Origin: Lytechinus pictus
Taxonomy: Eukaryota
Assembly: GCF_037042905.1 (NCBI RefSeq)
Contig: NC_087250.1
Span: 26,972,001 to 27,036,000 of the forward strand
DNA length: 64,000 nucleotides
Direction: 5' to 3'
The translations under genes were made by a program, and so were the position numbers. A model generated the notes under the pieces. That model saw only the letters and a program-made list of their open reading frames with translations. It made no database searches and was not told the origin of the DNA. Below, piece by piece: positions 38,352 to 50,845 of this stretch. Position 1 is the stretch's first letter; each line of letters begins with the position of its first letter.

Positions 38352-38450
38352 GATCACGGACCATCAGATCACTCATAGTATCAATGGAGTATCTACTAGG
38401 ATCTGAACTGTTAGGTGAGATGATGGTTAGTTGTATGGAAGGCGAGGAGT
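38344..38450 (+). repeat. Diverged local duplication of MTRF1L last-exon sequence 38175-38289
   Basis: CAAGATAGGATCACGGACCATC...GATGGTTAGTTGTATGGAAGGCGAGGAGT recurs 169 bp downstream, with an ~8-bp deletion. Confidence 0.9.
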
Positions 38451-39114
38451 TGGAAGGGGGAGGGGTCACTGTTACTAGCAGGTAGACCTAATGGTATACA
38501 GACTTCCCCAGAATTTCTCTATTGATTTGCCCATCTTACAGTACCCTAAACAAATATATATTTATTCCCTAAACTAAATGATGTCTCAAATGTTGTATTG
38601 TAATGAAAATGTGAAGCTTATACCCTTTCCATGAAATTTTATACCCTTTTTACTGGATGTGCTGATATTGCCTGGCTGTTGAAAACAAGACATTTTACTT
38701 GTTATTTTAAATGTGCATTGTGGGCAACTTACTTTTTGTAGTTGTCCTATATTGAACAAATTTACTTGAAATTAAAGCATCTTCAAAATGAATATTCTCT
38801 GTAGTTTTTCTTTGATTCCTTGTTTTATACATTATTTTCATCTATTTCGTCTCAAACATTATTATAATCACAAAATTATTAGATCGATTTTAGAATCAAT
38901 TATTCTTTTTATTTGTACATGAAATTTCTAGGAATTTTCTTGCGGTACAAAAGAATTGGTCTCTTATGATTTGAAAGAAGGAATTAAAAAAAGAAACCAA
39001 ACAGATTGTGCGCCAAATGAATCCAGTTGAAACCTGTTTATCATCATTAACCTTCTGTCAGGGAAAAAATTTAATAGATTTAATTCCTTTGATTAGACAT
39101 ATGTTCTGACTTAG

Positions 39115-39819
39115 CCCTAATAAGACTAGGGGGCCCTCCTTGACATTTTTGGGATAAATCTGCCGCACAAATTTTTCTGACCGCGTCGTTCGCTGAATTT
39201 TTTACTTTCAAGTCTCGCGCAACTTTTGACACCAAAATTGCAACCCCCGGGTACGTGGTTCCAAAATTAGGCAACATTTTGTAAGTGCATGCAGACACAA
39301 AATTTCTCGAAAACATGAATTTGTGTACAAATCCAATGGAAATAGTATTTTGAGCCAAAATTCATGAATGTATCATTATTTTTCCTTTTACTGCTTAAAA
39401 TCAATTAATTTCATCTTGTCTATGGTAACAATAAAAAACTAAAAGTCGAAAAACAAAGAAATACATAAGAAATTTAGAATACAATAAAATATATACGAAA
39501 TAAATGTGATGTTGATTTTTTTACAATAAATTTGATCAGATTCCTATAAAGAGTCTGTGAAACAATATTTAGCATTTTAGGGTCAGTATTTAGTTAATTA
39601 GAGCAAACAGTTGATTTTACGCATAAATTAGCCTAATTATTTAGCAATGAGATTTTTCTCAGAATTTGATCTCATAGTTTTATAGATTATGCCACGGGTA
39701 ACGCGCGTGCCAATTTTCGTTGCGATAGCGTGATTGACGGCCGAGATCATAAGGGGGGCTGAATCAGCCCCCCCCCCCTCAGTCTTCTTAGTCGTCGAAA
39801 TGGCCCAGTCTTTTTAGGG
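39115..39819. mobile_element. piggyBac-like MITE
   Basis: TTAG-CCCTAATAAGACTAGG ... CCAGTCTTTTTAGGG-TTAA (CCC..GGG termini, TTAA-type target). Confidence 0.7.
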
Positions 39820-41174
39820 TTAAAGATAGTTCATGTGTTGGAAATATTTCGACCCCGGTTATGGTTTGTACATGTGTTAGGAATATTAATTAAATCCCAG
39901 TCAGGTGGATGCCATATTTTATACAAGTGTTGGAAATATCAGTCTTTAATGCACAAGAAGTTCTCTTTTGTAACAGGAATATTTTACTTCATATGCTTTA
40001 TGCACTCATCTATTCTTAACATTTTTATGAGTGCTTTCCTAGTTACGATAGATATGGTATAATAGGCAATTGATTTTAGTTTATCAGGGAGATAAGAACC
40101 ACCTAAAGCTAATACAGACCATAGATCTCCGTTTAGGCAGTAAAGGTTATCTGAGAGAGTCCACGTCGGTGACGAGACTACGAGCCCAGCTGCCGCCCGG
40201 TTCTCCATCGACATGCTATTCATGTCAATATCCGGGGCTCGATCTCATCCGTAATCGTCGAAGTCCTATCTGAGGGGCATCGCCATCTGCGGAGCCCAGG
40301 GGACCGACTATCGGGGGCCAAGTGGAGCAACGCCAGACGGATGATGATTCTGCCAAAGTTAAGTTATATTATTTGTGATCATTTCCATATCCATATATAT
40401 CATGAATGTTTATTTTCTGAAACAAACCGAAATCAGAGAAATGATTGAAAAGAGATTTAAATATTAAATCTTCTTTAACTTTACACACCTTGTTTATATT
40501 TCTTTATTTGGTATCTCAAGTAGCAATAAATACATAATTAAAAAGTCACGTCACGTGACACCTTCAAACTATTAAATCCGAAATGACTTGGCTGTTTGGA
40601 TGGTCTTGAAGACTGCCCAATGGAGGGGGGGGGGTTATGATGCATACACCCCCATGGTGGATGTATCATCATACCCCCCCCCCCTCCCCCTCGCTACATA
40701 TCAGCATCAAAATTTGGCACTCCTCTTAGTTCACATTTCTCACGTGAAGTAAAAGACTTTACATAGGCCTATATTGTAAATAAAAATAAAGATCAAAAGT
40801 TTGTTTCATCCAAATTGAAATGATTGCACATATTTTTTGTTTGAATATCAGCAACTAATTCACTTGTTTGACTTGTTCAAATTAATGATTGTCTTCTTTT
40901 CAGTGTCACCAAGTCAACGTTGATTCTTGATTGAATCGTGTAATGCAGGCGAGACCTGTCAGGGGGGCGTTCCTCTTATTAATTATTTGTACAAAAATGT
41001 TTGCTTTTTCAGATCACAACAGTTCATGCGATGGCAATTTGATTTATCTGTCAGTATTAGCTTTTGATCTTTAATATGATTCATAGCTAATGTAAACATG
41101 GTAAAACAGAGATAACTAATTTCAAGAGGCCTTCACATAATGAAGAGGTTGGACATACATACACTATGGAATAG

Positions 41175-41257
41175 CTCTTTCTTTCTTTCTTTGATTCTTT
41201 CTTTATTTCTTCCTCCTTCCTTCCTTCCTTCCTCCTCCTTCTTCTTCTTTTTCTTCT

Positions 41258-41345
<88 letters not shown>

Positions 41346-41430
41346 TCCTTCCTTCTCCTCCTCCTCCCTCTTCTACTTCTTTTTCTTCTCCTCCTCCTCC
41401 TTCTTCTCATCCTCCTCCTTCTTCTGTATT
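41175..41430. repeat. (TTTC)n/(TTC/TCC)n pyrimidine microsatellite
   Basis: Visible repeat. It explains the R/K/E-rich and F/L/S-rich ORFs. Confidence 0.95.
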
Positions 41431-41529
41431 CCATTTCCTTACTCCCCCTTTAATTTATTTATTTATTTCCCTACCTGAAAATCATAAATATTGAAAAATT
41501 ACAAGAATAAAATTATATGCAGTTAAATG

Positions 41530-41805
41530 ATAAACCTCTTAGACTAACAGAGAGGAGGAGGAGACTTGCAAAACATGTCTCAAGAATTATTATGTTCTTA
41601 AAAATGCAATATCCTGGTAACCTACCGGTAATGGAAGAAGGAAAAGCTCGAGGCTGTCCCAAGCACCCCTGGCGACGGACTTTCTTCAAAGACTTAGAGT
41701 TGACCCATATCTTTATACCAATCTGTTGGAGGTTAAAGCGGTCACAGATAATGATAGATTGTTGACTATAAATGCACTACACAGGAGGGACTAAGTGGTA
41801 AGTAA
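41530..41805 (+). mobile_element. Degenerate 3' end of an RTE-type LINE (duplicated at ~43695-43960)
   Basis: RRRRLAKHVSR...GKARGCPKHPWRRTFFKDL resembles the RTE C-terminal GKR.RGRP..TWRR...DL motif. TAAGT-type tail. Confidence 0.6.
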
Positions 41806-42849
41806 AAATAATAGGAGTATTTCTGCATCTGATATCCCCTCCCTACCTCCTATTGGCGCCTAATGTGGTCCAAAGTATCACTATTCACATTTAATAGTTT
41901 ATCTGATATTCTGATATCATAAAAACAAATATTAAATTTGCTCTGAAACAGATCAGATAATGACAGTTATAAGTGCTGTTAAAATTTTCAGATAGAGTCT
42001 GCTGACTACATGCATACATCCCCACTGTGGATGTATTATAATTAACCTTCAAACTATTGAATTTAAAACAACTTGGCTGTTTGGATGGTCATGAAGACTG
42101 CCCAATGGAAGGGGGGGGGGGGTTATGATGCATATATCCCCACGGTGGATGTATCATCACACCCCCCCCTTTCACCAAAATAAATTGGCACACCTCTCAG
42201 TTCACATATCTTACGTGTAGTAAAAGACTGTACATAGGCCTATATTGTAAATAAAAAATAAAGATCAAAATTGAAATAACTGCACATATCTGCTTTCTTA
42301 ATATCAGCAACTAATTCACTTGTTCAAATTAATAATTGTCTTCTTTTCAGTGTCACCAAGTCAACGTTGATTCTTGATTGAATCGTGTAATGCAGGCGAG
42401 ACCTGTCAGGGGGGCGTTCCTCTTGTTAATAATTTGTACAAAAATGTTTGCTTTTTCAGATCACAGCAGTTCATTCGATGGCGCTTTGATTTATCTGTCA
42501 GTATTAGCTTTTGATCTTTAATATGATTCATAGCTTATGTAAACATGGTAAAACAGAGATAACTCATTTTAAGAGGCCTTCACATAATGAAGAGGTTGGA
42601 CATACATACACTATGGAATAGCTCTTTTGTTGATTCATCGCTATCATAAATTGAATATACACCAGGGGGCCGTTTCATAAAGCTGTTTGTAAGTTAAGAG
42701 CTACGTTAAGAACAACTGGTGATCCTTTCTTACGCGCTAAACCATCTCCAATGAATATACCATTTACCACAATAAAGGATCACCAGTCGTAGCAAATAAG
42801 ATATCTTGAGAGGGGTGGGGCAAAATGAGTGACAATTCTTTCTCTTTAA

Positions 42850-43436
42850 AGGGGAATGAAACCTTTGGAATAAGTAGGCTTGTGTCGAAACAGAAAAATC
42901 AAAGAATAAGAACAAAGAAAGTTTGAGAAAAATTGGACAAATAATGAGAAAGTTATGAGCATTTGAATATTGCAATCACTAATGCTATGGAGATCCGCCC
43001 ATTGGCCATGCGACAAGGATGTGTGATGTCACATGTGAACAACTTTCCCTTTGATGGACTATAATATACCCTCAAAATGTCTCTTTCTGCTTTTTCTTGT
43101 GGTGATACAAACTCTTTATCCATGATGTATTCTTTAAAAATCTGTATTACATGCCCTCCTTTATAAAAAGAACACATGATCTACTGATAGATGTGATAAA
43201 AGAGGCAATTTAAGTGAAATATATACTAAAGTAATGGGGAGAGTTGTTCACAAGTGACATCACACATCTTTGTCGCATTACCAATTTGAGGATCTCCATA
43301 GCATTAGTGATCGCAGTATTCCAATGCTCATAACTTTCACATTATTTGTCCGATTTTTCTCAAACTTTCGTTGATCTGTTTCTTTGATTTTTCTGTTTTC
43401 ACACAAGCTATCGTGTTCCAAAGGTTTCATTCTCCT
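42850..43436. mobile_element. Kolobok-like MITE with long TIRs
   Basis: TTAA-AGGGGAATGAAACCTTTGGAA ... TTCCAAAGGTTTCATTCTCCT-TTAA, with inverted similarity over ~200 bp. Confidence 0.85.
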
Positions 43437-44587
43437 TTAATGAATAATATATCTAGTTTAAACCTACCTTCTAGTCCGTTTCTTTCTTTCTTTCTCTCTC
43501 TCTCTCTTTATTTATTTCTTTTGTTCTTTCTTTCCTTCCTTCTCCTCCTCCCTCTTCTTCTTCTTTTTCTTCTCCTCCTCCTTCTCCTTCTGTATTCCAT
43601 TTCCTTACTCCCCCTTTAATTTCTTTATTTCTTTCCCTACCTGAAAATCATAAATATTGAAAAATTACAAGAATAAAATTATATGCAGTTAAATGATAAA
43701 CCTCTTAGACTAACAGAGAGGAGGAGACTTGCAAAACATGTCTCAAGAAGTATATGTTCTTAAAAATGCAATATCCTGGTAACCTAATGGAAGAAGGAAA
43801 AGCTCGAGGCTGTCCCAAGCATCCCTGGCAACGGACTTTCTTCAAAGACTTAGAGTTGACCCATATCTTTATACCAATCTGTTGGAGGTTAAAGCAGTCA
43901 CAGATAATGATAGCTTGTTGCCTATAAATGCACTACACTGGAGGGACTAAGTGGTAAGTAAAAAAAAACAGGAGTAATTCTGCACCTGATATCCCCTCCC
44001 TACCTCCTATTGGCGCCTAATGTGGTCCAAAGTATCACTATTCATATTTAGTAGTTTATTTGATATTCTGATACGAATGCTATTTGCTCACCAGCATTAT
44101 ATCATAAAAACAAATATTAACATTTCTCTGATCAGATAAGGAGAGCTATAAGTGTTGTTAAAATTGTCATATACAGTCATATTCTGTTTCTGGCAAATTG
44201 GGATCTGAATCTGATTCTGCATTTTTTCATTTGAAGTCTAGGTGTACACATTCAGATTTTAAATAATTGTGAACAGGTAATGTAACTTCTAAATTTTCAA
44301 ATGATACATCTTAAAATAGTAATTTGTAATTATAATGGGATGGGAGATGATTATGTTATGCTGAAACACAAGGTACATTAGCTAAAGTAGTTTTTTTTTC
44401 ATTATCAAGTTTATCTTTTGCATTAATGTTGACATGTATGAGAAGGTGCATGGGTAAGGTACATAACTTATTTCTTGCCATTGAAGTTTATTTTAATTTC
44501 ATTTCTTCTGAAGCTTTTTATCCATCTCACATCTCTTGCATTTTTTCCTCTATCATCCAGAATTTAACGATCTTCAGACATTACATT

Positions 44588-46246
44588 ATGGCGTCAAGAT
44601 TTCCAGAAGGAAACCAAGTTCAACTCCGACCAAGAAAAGGTCATGACATGAAATGGTCATGTGACAAGCATGGTGAGCCAATCAAATTTTACTGTAAGAA
44701 ACACAAAATTCCTATATGTCATCCATGCGCTACCAAAGATCACAATCAGAAACCATGTGAGCTAGACGACATCGAGGATGTCATCTTCGAAAGGAGGAGA
44801 CAGCTGGATGAAAAACGGCCAAAGATACAGGAACTTCAGAAACAAATGGAAGCCCTCAACACGAAAATAAAGAGTACATCAACGTCTGGAAGTACTCATC
44901 TTCGGACAATTAACAACAACATTCAAGCATCATATCACGACAAGATCAAATCTGTTGGAGAAAAGGAGAACAGGATGATTAGGGTTATTAACGAGGAGGC
45001 AGATGAGGAAATAAGACTAGTAAATGAGAAGAGAGAAAAACGGATCAAAGATTGCAACACCGAGAGAGAAAATGAGCGACAAATCATCAAAGACAAAGAA
45101 GCAAAACTTCTATCAGATGCAAAGAAAATCAGCGAAGTCGTTTCTAAGAAGATCAAAGATCTTAATAATAAGAATCAGCTTGTAATAAACACTATGAAGA
45201 ACATTGAATCAACCATCACACGTATAAACCAACATGATGAAACATTGGTGAATGAAGCTCCTCAAGTACTTGCATCTATTGATGAAAATTTAAGTTTGAA
45301 TGTTCATCAAGATGATAGCGACTGTCTTGACCGAATACAGAATGAAGTTGAGAGAGTGAAATTTGTAGAGGGGGAAGTAGGTGGAGAATACTATGGTAGA
45401 ATTGATGGGTATATTGGTAAATGGGAACTTGTCAAGACAATCCACATTCCATCGGTTGTTAATAACCCGTGGGTGCTTGGTTTAGTCAGTGATGATGAGA
45501 TATGTGTGCAATACGTAGATAACAATGGCATGTATATTACAAACATCAACACTCAACACACAGAGAAAGTCATTGATGGAGGTGTGTTGATTACATCATG
45601 TGCGCCCATAGACAGTAACGTAATAGTATGTGGTAAGGAGAGAAGGGGTGTTACGTCGGGTGACAGGTTGGATGGATGCATCACTCTCTATGACAGACAA
45701 TGGAAGGTGATTAGAGACATCAGCATACCAAGGAATGGATACGGTAGTAGTGTGGATGTTGATGTTGACAGGGATGGGATGATCATCGCTGCTCAGAGGA
45801 ATCAGTCTAATATCTACGTCATCAATCCTGCTAATGATAAGATAGTAAAGACTATTACGATGCAGGGTAAGAGGGTGGTGGGTGGGATACAAGACTTGTC
45901 ATCAGGTGATATCGTTGTGAAGACAGGTGATAATGAATACACTGTCATCTCACGATCAGGAGAAGAGAAGGCTGTCATACACTGTGATGAGTGGAACTGG
46001 TGGTCAGAGTGTCTCGTTGACAAACTGACAGACACACTCTACATCGTGTACTGGGTTACAGCGCGTAATACCATCGCAGTTGATCAGGTGTCACGTGATG
46101 GTATCATCCAGGCAAGGAGGATCGTGGAATACGTGAAATCAGATCGCTCTGACTGGGTCAGCCCTTGTCTTGTTACTCCTTCTGGTAACCTTGTAGGATG
46201 TGATGGGGACAAACTTCATCTTTACAAGAAGACATTCATTTTGTAA
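44588..46246 (+). CDS. RING-less TRIM-like protein: B-box, coiled coil and NHL-like beta-propeller (~552 aa), single coding exon
   Basis: Long open frame. B-box2 CDKHGEPIKFYCKKHKIPICHPCATKDH, a K/E-rich coiled coil, and repeated beta strands (VDVDVDRDGMIIAA, CLVTPSGNLV). Acceptor CATCCAG at 44560 precedes ATGG at 44588; a possible upstream non-coding exon ends ACAG|GTAATG at ~44277. Confidence 0.85.
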   Translation: MASRFPEGNQVQLRPRKGHDMKWSCDKHGEPIKFYCKKHKIPICHPCATKDHNQKPCELDDIEDVIFERRRQLDEKRPKIQELQKQMEALNTKIKSTSTSGSTHLRTINNNIQASYHDKIKSVGEKENRMIRVINEEADEEIRLVNEKREKRIKDCNTERENERQIIKDKEAKLLSDAKKISEVVSKKIKDLNNKNQLVINTMKNIESTITRINQHDETLVNEAPQVLASIDENLSLNVHQDDSDCLDRIQNEVERVKFVEGEVGGEYYGRIDGYIGKWELVKTIHIPSVVNNPWVLGLVSDDEICVQYVDNNGMYITNINTQHTEKVIDGGVLITSCAPIDSNVIVCGKERRGVTSGDRLDGCITLYDRQWKVIRDISIPRNGYGSSVDVDVDRDGMIIAAQRNQSNIYVINPANDKIVKTITMQGKRVVGGIQDLSSGDIVVKTGDNEYTVISRSGEEKAVIHCDEWNWWSECLVDKLTDTLYIVYWVTARNTIAVDQVSRDGIIQARRIVEYVKSDRSDWVSPCLVTPSGNLVGCDGDKLHLYKKTFIL

Positions 46247-47044
46247 ATCATCAAGTATTTCAATGAATGATTAAAAATTAATATAAACGATATACTTATT
46301 TCAAATTTTACTTTCATTTTAATTCACGTCCCCCAACATGAATACATTCATAATGCGCGTGTTGACGGTGTGAATGTTGTATCAATATACAGGTGCAACG
46401 TATTGGAGTGTTGTAATAAACTTGCCATCGATTGCAGGTCAATTTTTGTTTTCAAAATTAATTGAAAGTCGTGCATTTCATTGAAAATTTGCAATTGATT
46501 GTTGGTCAGCTTATGTTATAAACAAATATGAAATGATTTGCTTTGGTTAAAATTGATCTATCAATTGCTAAATTTGCATATGAAATTTGCAATTGATCGC
46601 AAATATTTTCTTGTGTCTTACAAAACGCAGTGATTAATATTTAGCCGTCTAGATTTATATTTTTATTGAAATGTATAATTGTACTCGTAATTAAATTAAA
46701 AAAAAAAAATAATAAAGAAAAAATGGTTAGCCAATTGCCTACTTTAATCCAGGTAGAAGGTCTATGGGAATGGCTGAACCCAGCACATGACGAGTTCATT
46801 ACTAACTTGTGTTAGCTGAACCCGATCATTTACCAAACGCTATTTCGTTCAATGTTATTCCTTTTTAATGCTAACAGTGATCATTTTACCCCGGGATTAA
46901 ATTTGCTTTTAACTTCATTGGGTCTTTAAATCCAATCTATCCATCAGGTTGATTTCGTTTTATATTCTGTTGCAAAAAAGGTGAAGTAATATAAGATTGT
47001 ATTAAAAGGAGAGGGGAAAAGTGCTGTGAAGTACAAGAAAGTGT

Positions 47045-47410
47045 AGGAACCGTGGTATAGTGTTTCTGACTATCACCTTGTAAACAAAGGGTCGTGTGAT
47101 CGAATCCCAACGAGGCCTGGCGTCCTTTGGCAAGGTGTTAATCCACACTTTGCCATGCACTCTCGACCCAGGTGATAAATGGGTACCCATACTTAGGATG
47201 TGAAAGTCATTGCAGCTTGTCCAGTAATGTGTGCGCCTCACCGGCAACTGACTGGAATACTCCCCAGGGTGTGGATGATGTGCTCACATTGTGTGCGGGA
47301 ATGACTGATTGAATGCGATGACCGGGGTAGTAGTATATCTGTAAATTGCTCAGACACACCTTTTCGATGAATTAAGCGTTATATAAAAGCGGATTGTTAT
47401 CATTATTAGT
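47045..47410 (+). mobile_element. tRNA-derived SINE (SURF1-like, inferred); partial second tail at ~47495-47570
   Basis: CGTGGTATAGTG A-box, GATCGAATCCC B-box, CTCTCGACCCAGGTGATAAATGGGTACC core, AAGCG.TATATAAAAGCGGA.T(ATT)n tail. Confidence 0.7.
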
Positions 47411-50373
47411 AGTATCAAATGAAATATTCAGTTATGAATCATATTTCAGCTGGCGCTGAGCATTTATTTTATTAGGGAATCGAGGATGCATGAATTTATG
47501 AGCGGGAATGACACGTCGTTCAAATGTATTAAGAGCTATATAAAAGCGGACTATTATTATTATCATTATAGTTTTTTAGTGTACGTAATACCTCTCATGA
47601 ATGTTAACAGAAAATAAGAGAAAAACTCATTTTGTGTAATGGAATCCTTGCTCAGTCAACATACATATCACAATGGATATGATGAAGATAGACAGATATG
47701 AATATGTTTCCCCCCATAATTCTCTTTACACCAATTGAATATTCTCATTTTGTAGAAACCGGTGACGCCAATCTCAAAATGATTCAGCACGCTCCATATT
47801 TATCATATTCATGAAAGTATTACATCATATCGCTTATTTCAAATAGTTCATTTACTTTCAAAAGTCTGTACACCTTTTAATATTTTCAACAAAGATTAAT
47901 TAAGATATATTTTACCATGTGTTTAACCTATTATTTCATATTACACTTACTACCTGGCTATGGAATCTCAAGTAGGAAGTCTTTGGATTGTTGAAAGATT
48001 TTTTAGTTGTTTTTTTGTTAACGACTGTAATAATGTGTTGACGCCCTTTACGTTCAGTAACGTTTATCGACATCGTTAATTAATGTCAAATTAATTTCAT
48101 CATAAAGATCCCATGGACATATAAACATCTGGTAGTCGAACGTGCCATGCTGTAAATAAATAAAAAAAGGGATATGCATGTATTTGTTGTGTAACAGACA
48201 GAGTTAGATAATATGACAAATAACTGTACATATCATAGCTTATGTTCGTGGTTTCATATTAAGGAGGCGGTATTATATTAAATTCATTTATATTCTTTAT
48301 TTCATTTTCATTTAATACTGCGTTTAGTTTGTAAACAGTTTGTACTGTATATGGCATATGTTGCTCCAGTGCGTTGTATATAAATCGGTATTGTCTAAGG
48401 TGTGTTGTGTTAATGTAGAAATGTGTCATTTATACAAAAGATTCCTACCAAATTTATACAATAATCAACTTTGTACACTTGAGTTTAGGTATATAGGGTT
48501 TATGTTTTATCTAAAGTATCAATGCAATAGCTTGTTATTGTCTATATCATTGCTTATTTTAAAAATCGCTCCCAAAGAGAGAGCGGGACAGAGTTCTATA
48601 AATGAATTTCTCCTGTAAATTAGCCAGATCTTACGACTTTTATTGATTTTGATTGGCTGAGAAGCGTTGTTACTATGTTAACTATCCGTCGAAACACCTG
48701 AAAATCCCAGCTTTGATTGATTTGCTCAGTATTATTGCTCTTATACACCTGATTACAATTCGCTTTATAAACTAGGAAAATGAATGTACATAATGAACAT
48801 TTCTATTATGATACAATGTGATGATTTACTCTGATCATGATCTGTTATTTGCAAGTTTATCATGTGTATATAGTGAGATGAGTGGGGAGTATACGTTTAG
48901 TTTTTTGTTATAAAATAAAATATGTTCATTATACTTGTTGTGAATTACTGGCACTGTTGAATAGTTAAAAAGGCCAATGTTTTGGGATGTGTAGACTTTA
49001 ATCAAGACGAAATTATTCTCATCTACTTGAGAGCTATAATAGTCGTGTAGAAATAAGAAAAGAAATATATTTACTATGGGCTGCGGTATTTACACGTAGT
49101 ACATTTCGAGAAAGGTTTGCCAAACCATAACCAGTAGTATGCACATTCCTGATCTCAACAACTATTATAAACCGTTCTGAATGAAATATTTTACATTGAT
49201 TGGAATCTTTGCAGTGTGTATTTTTAGGTCATAATCATGGTAATGAGGAGTGTGTTTTAATGCACAAATAATCAAGTAATTTTATAATCAAGTATTTTTG
49301 TCAGCGTTAATGAATTAAAAATTAATGTAAAACAAAAAAAAAGGCTTCATATGCAGTACATTTTTTAATCTACATAATTATGTAGGGCAAATAGTAACAG
49401 TTGGAAATGATATAGAACGATGTTAACAGAAGAAGGGGGAGGGAGTGGGGAAAAAAGTGGGGAGTGAGAGAGAGAGAGGGTGGGGGGGGAGAGAAGGGAG
49501 AGAAGGGGGTAGACAAAAATGGGTAGACAATGCAAATAAATACTTGGAAAGAGAGGGAGAGAAAAGCGGAGGAGTGAGAAAGAGATGTAGAGACAAGGGG
49601 AATAATGAACGGAAGAAATGAAAGAGAGAGGGGGAGAAAGAAGAGGAGTGAAAGAAATATGGAGAGACAAGGGCGATAAAAGACAATAAAGGTAGAGAGA
49701 GCTGGAGTTGGGATGAAATTTGTATTTGTATTGACAAGTCAAGTCCTCCACAAGAAAATGTTTAATTGAATAAATAGAGAGAAATCAAACTACATGTATC
49801 ATAACGCTGAAAATTTCATCAACATCGGATGTAAAATAAGTTATGACATTTTAAAGTTTCGCTTCTTTTTCAAAAAAAGTGATATGCACAACTCATTGAC
49901 ATGCAAATGAGACAGTCGATGATTGTCCCTCACTCACTATTTATTTTGTCTTTTATTCATTTAATTATATAATATTTCATTATTTACAAATTTCACAATC
50001 TGGACCAATTTGACTGAACCATTCAGTGATAATGCTAAAAGCGTATGTTCACGGAGGAATTATTGTAGTTTCAGTTAACAATAGGAAAAAAATTGAATAT
50101 TTCATATTTCATATAATAAAATACAAAGGGAATTGTGAGTAAATGATGTCGTCAGTTTTCCTCATTTGCATAGCGACCAGGATGTGCATATAACTGTTAA
50201 TTGTGAAACCAAGCGAAACTTTAAAATATCATAACTTTCTTATTTTACATACGATTTTGAAAAGGAGGGAGAAGAGAGGATAGTGAAGGGGAGGAAGCGA
50301 AAGCAATCAAGAGGGAGGGGGGGGGGGGGAGGAGGGAAGTAAATTGGCTTTTGGTGTTCCCAGGGATTGTTAA

Positions 50374-50845
50374 AGGGGAAGTTCACCCTGAAAAAAACTT
50401 TGTTGTAAAATTGGTGAAGGTTTGAGGAAAATCCGTTAAAGATTAAGAAAGTTATTAGAGTTCATAGTTTTAGATTTGTGACGTCATAAACGAGCAGCTG
50501 CCCCATGTGTTATGTAATATGAAAAGCATGAATTTCACATTTTGTATGGTTCCTGATGACTTAATTTTGTTTTCTATTCATGATCGGGTGTGAAATGATT
50601 TGTCTATTGATATACAAAAGGTACAGTGAAAACCATTTTCAATTTTCTGAGAAAATGACATTTCATTGATTTTTTACCATTCGCTATGTAGGAATGCTGC
50701 TCGCATATGACGTCACAGATCAAATAATTGAAATTTTAATAACTTTTGAATTATTTGATGAATTTTTCTCAAACCTTCGGCAATATTTTTTATTATTTTT
50801 TCTGCTATTTTTACAATAAACATTTTGTCAGGGTGAACTTCCCCT
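50374..50845. mobile_element. Kolobok-like MITE
   Basis: TTAA-AGGGGAAGTTCACCCTGA ... TCAGGGTGAACTTCCCCT-TTAA. Confidence 0.85.

Larger units (their letters stand above)
40559..44180. repeat. Tandem segmental duplication (unit 1 ~40559-42000; unit 2 ~42045-44180 with ~0.85 kb of extra sequence)
   Basis: Both units start ACCTTCAAACTATT..ACTTGGCTGTTTGGATGGTC and share colinear sequence, including the pyrimidine tract and the RTE remnant. Confidence 0.9.

Noticed and set aside
40300..40350. HDV/CPEB3-like ribozyme starting GGGGGCCA
   Set aside because: No complementary P1 3' strand or P3/L3 motif in the right order.
44426..44587. First 54 codons of the 606-aa ORF
   Set aside because: Intron-like sequence with a polypyrimidine tract and an AG acceptor at 44560. 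ATG 44588 is the more plausible start.
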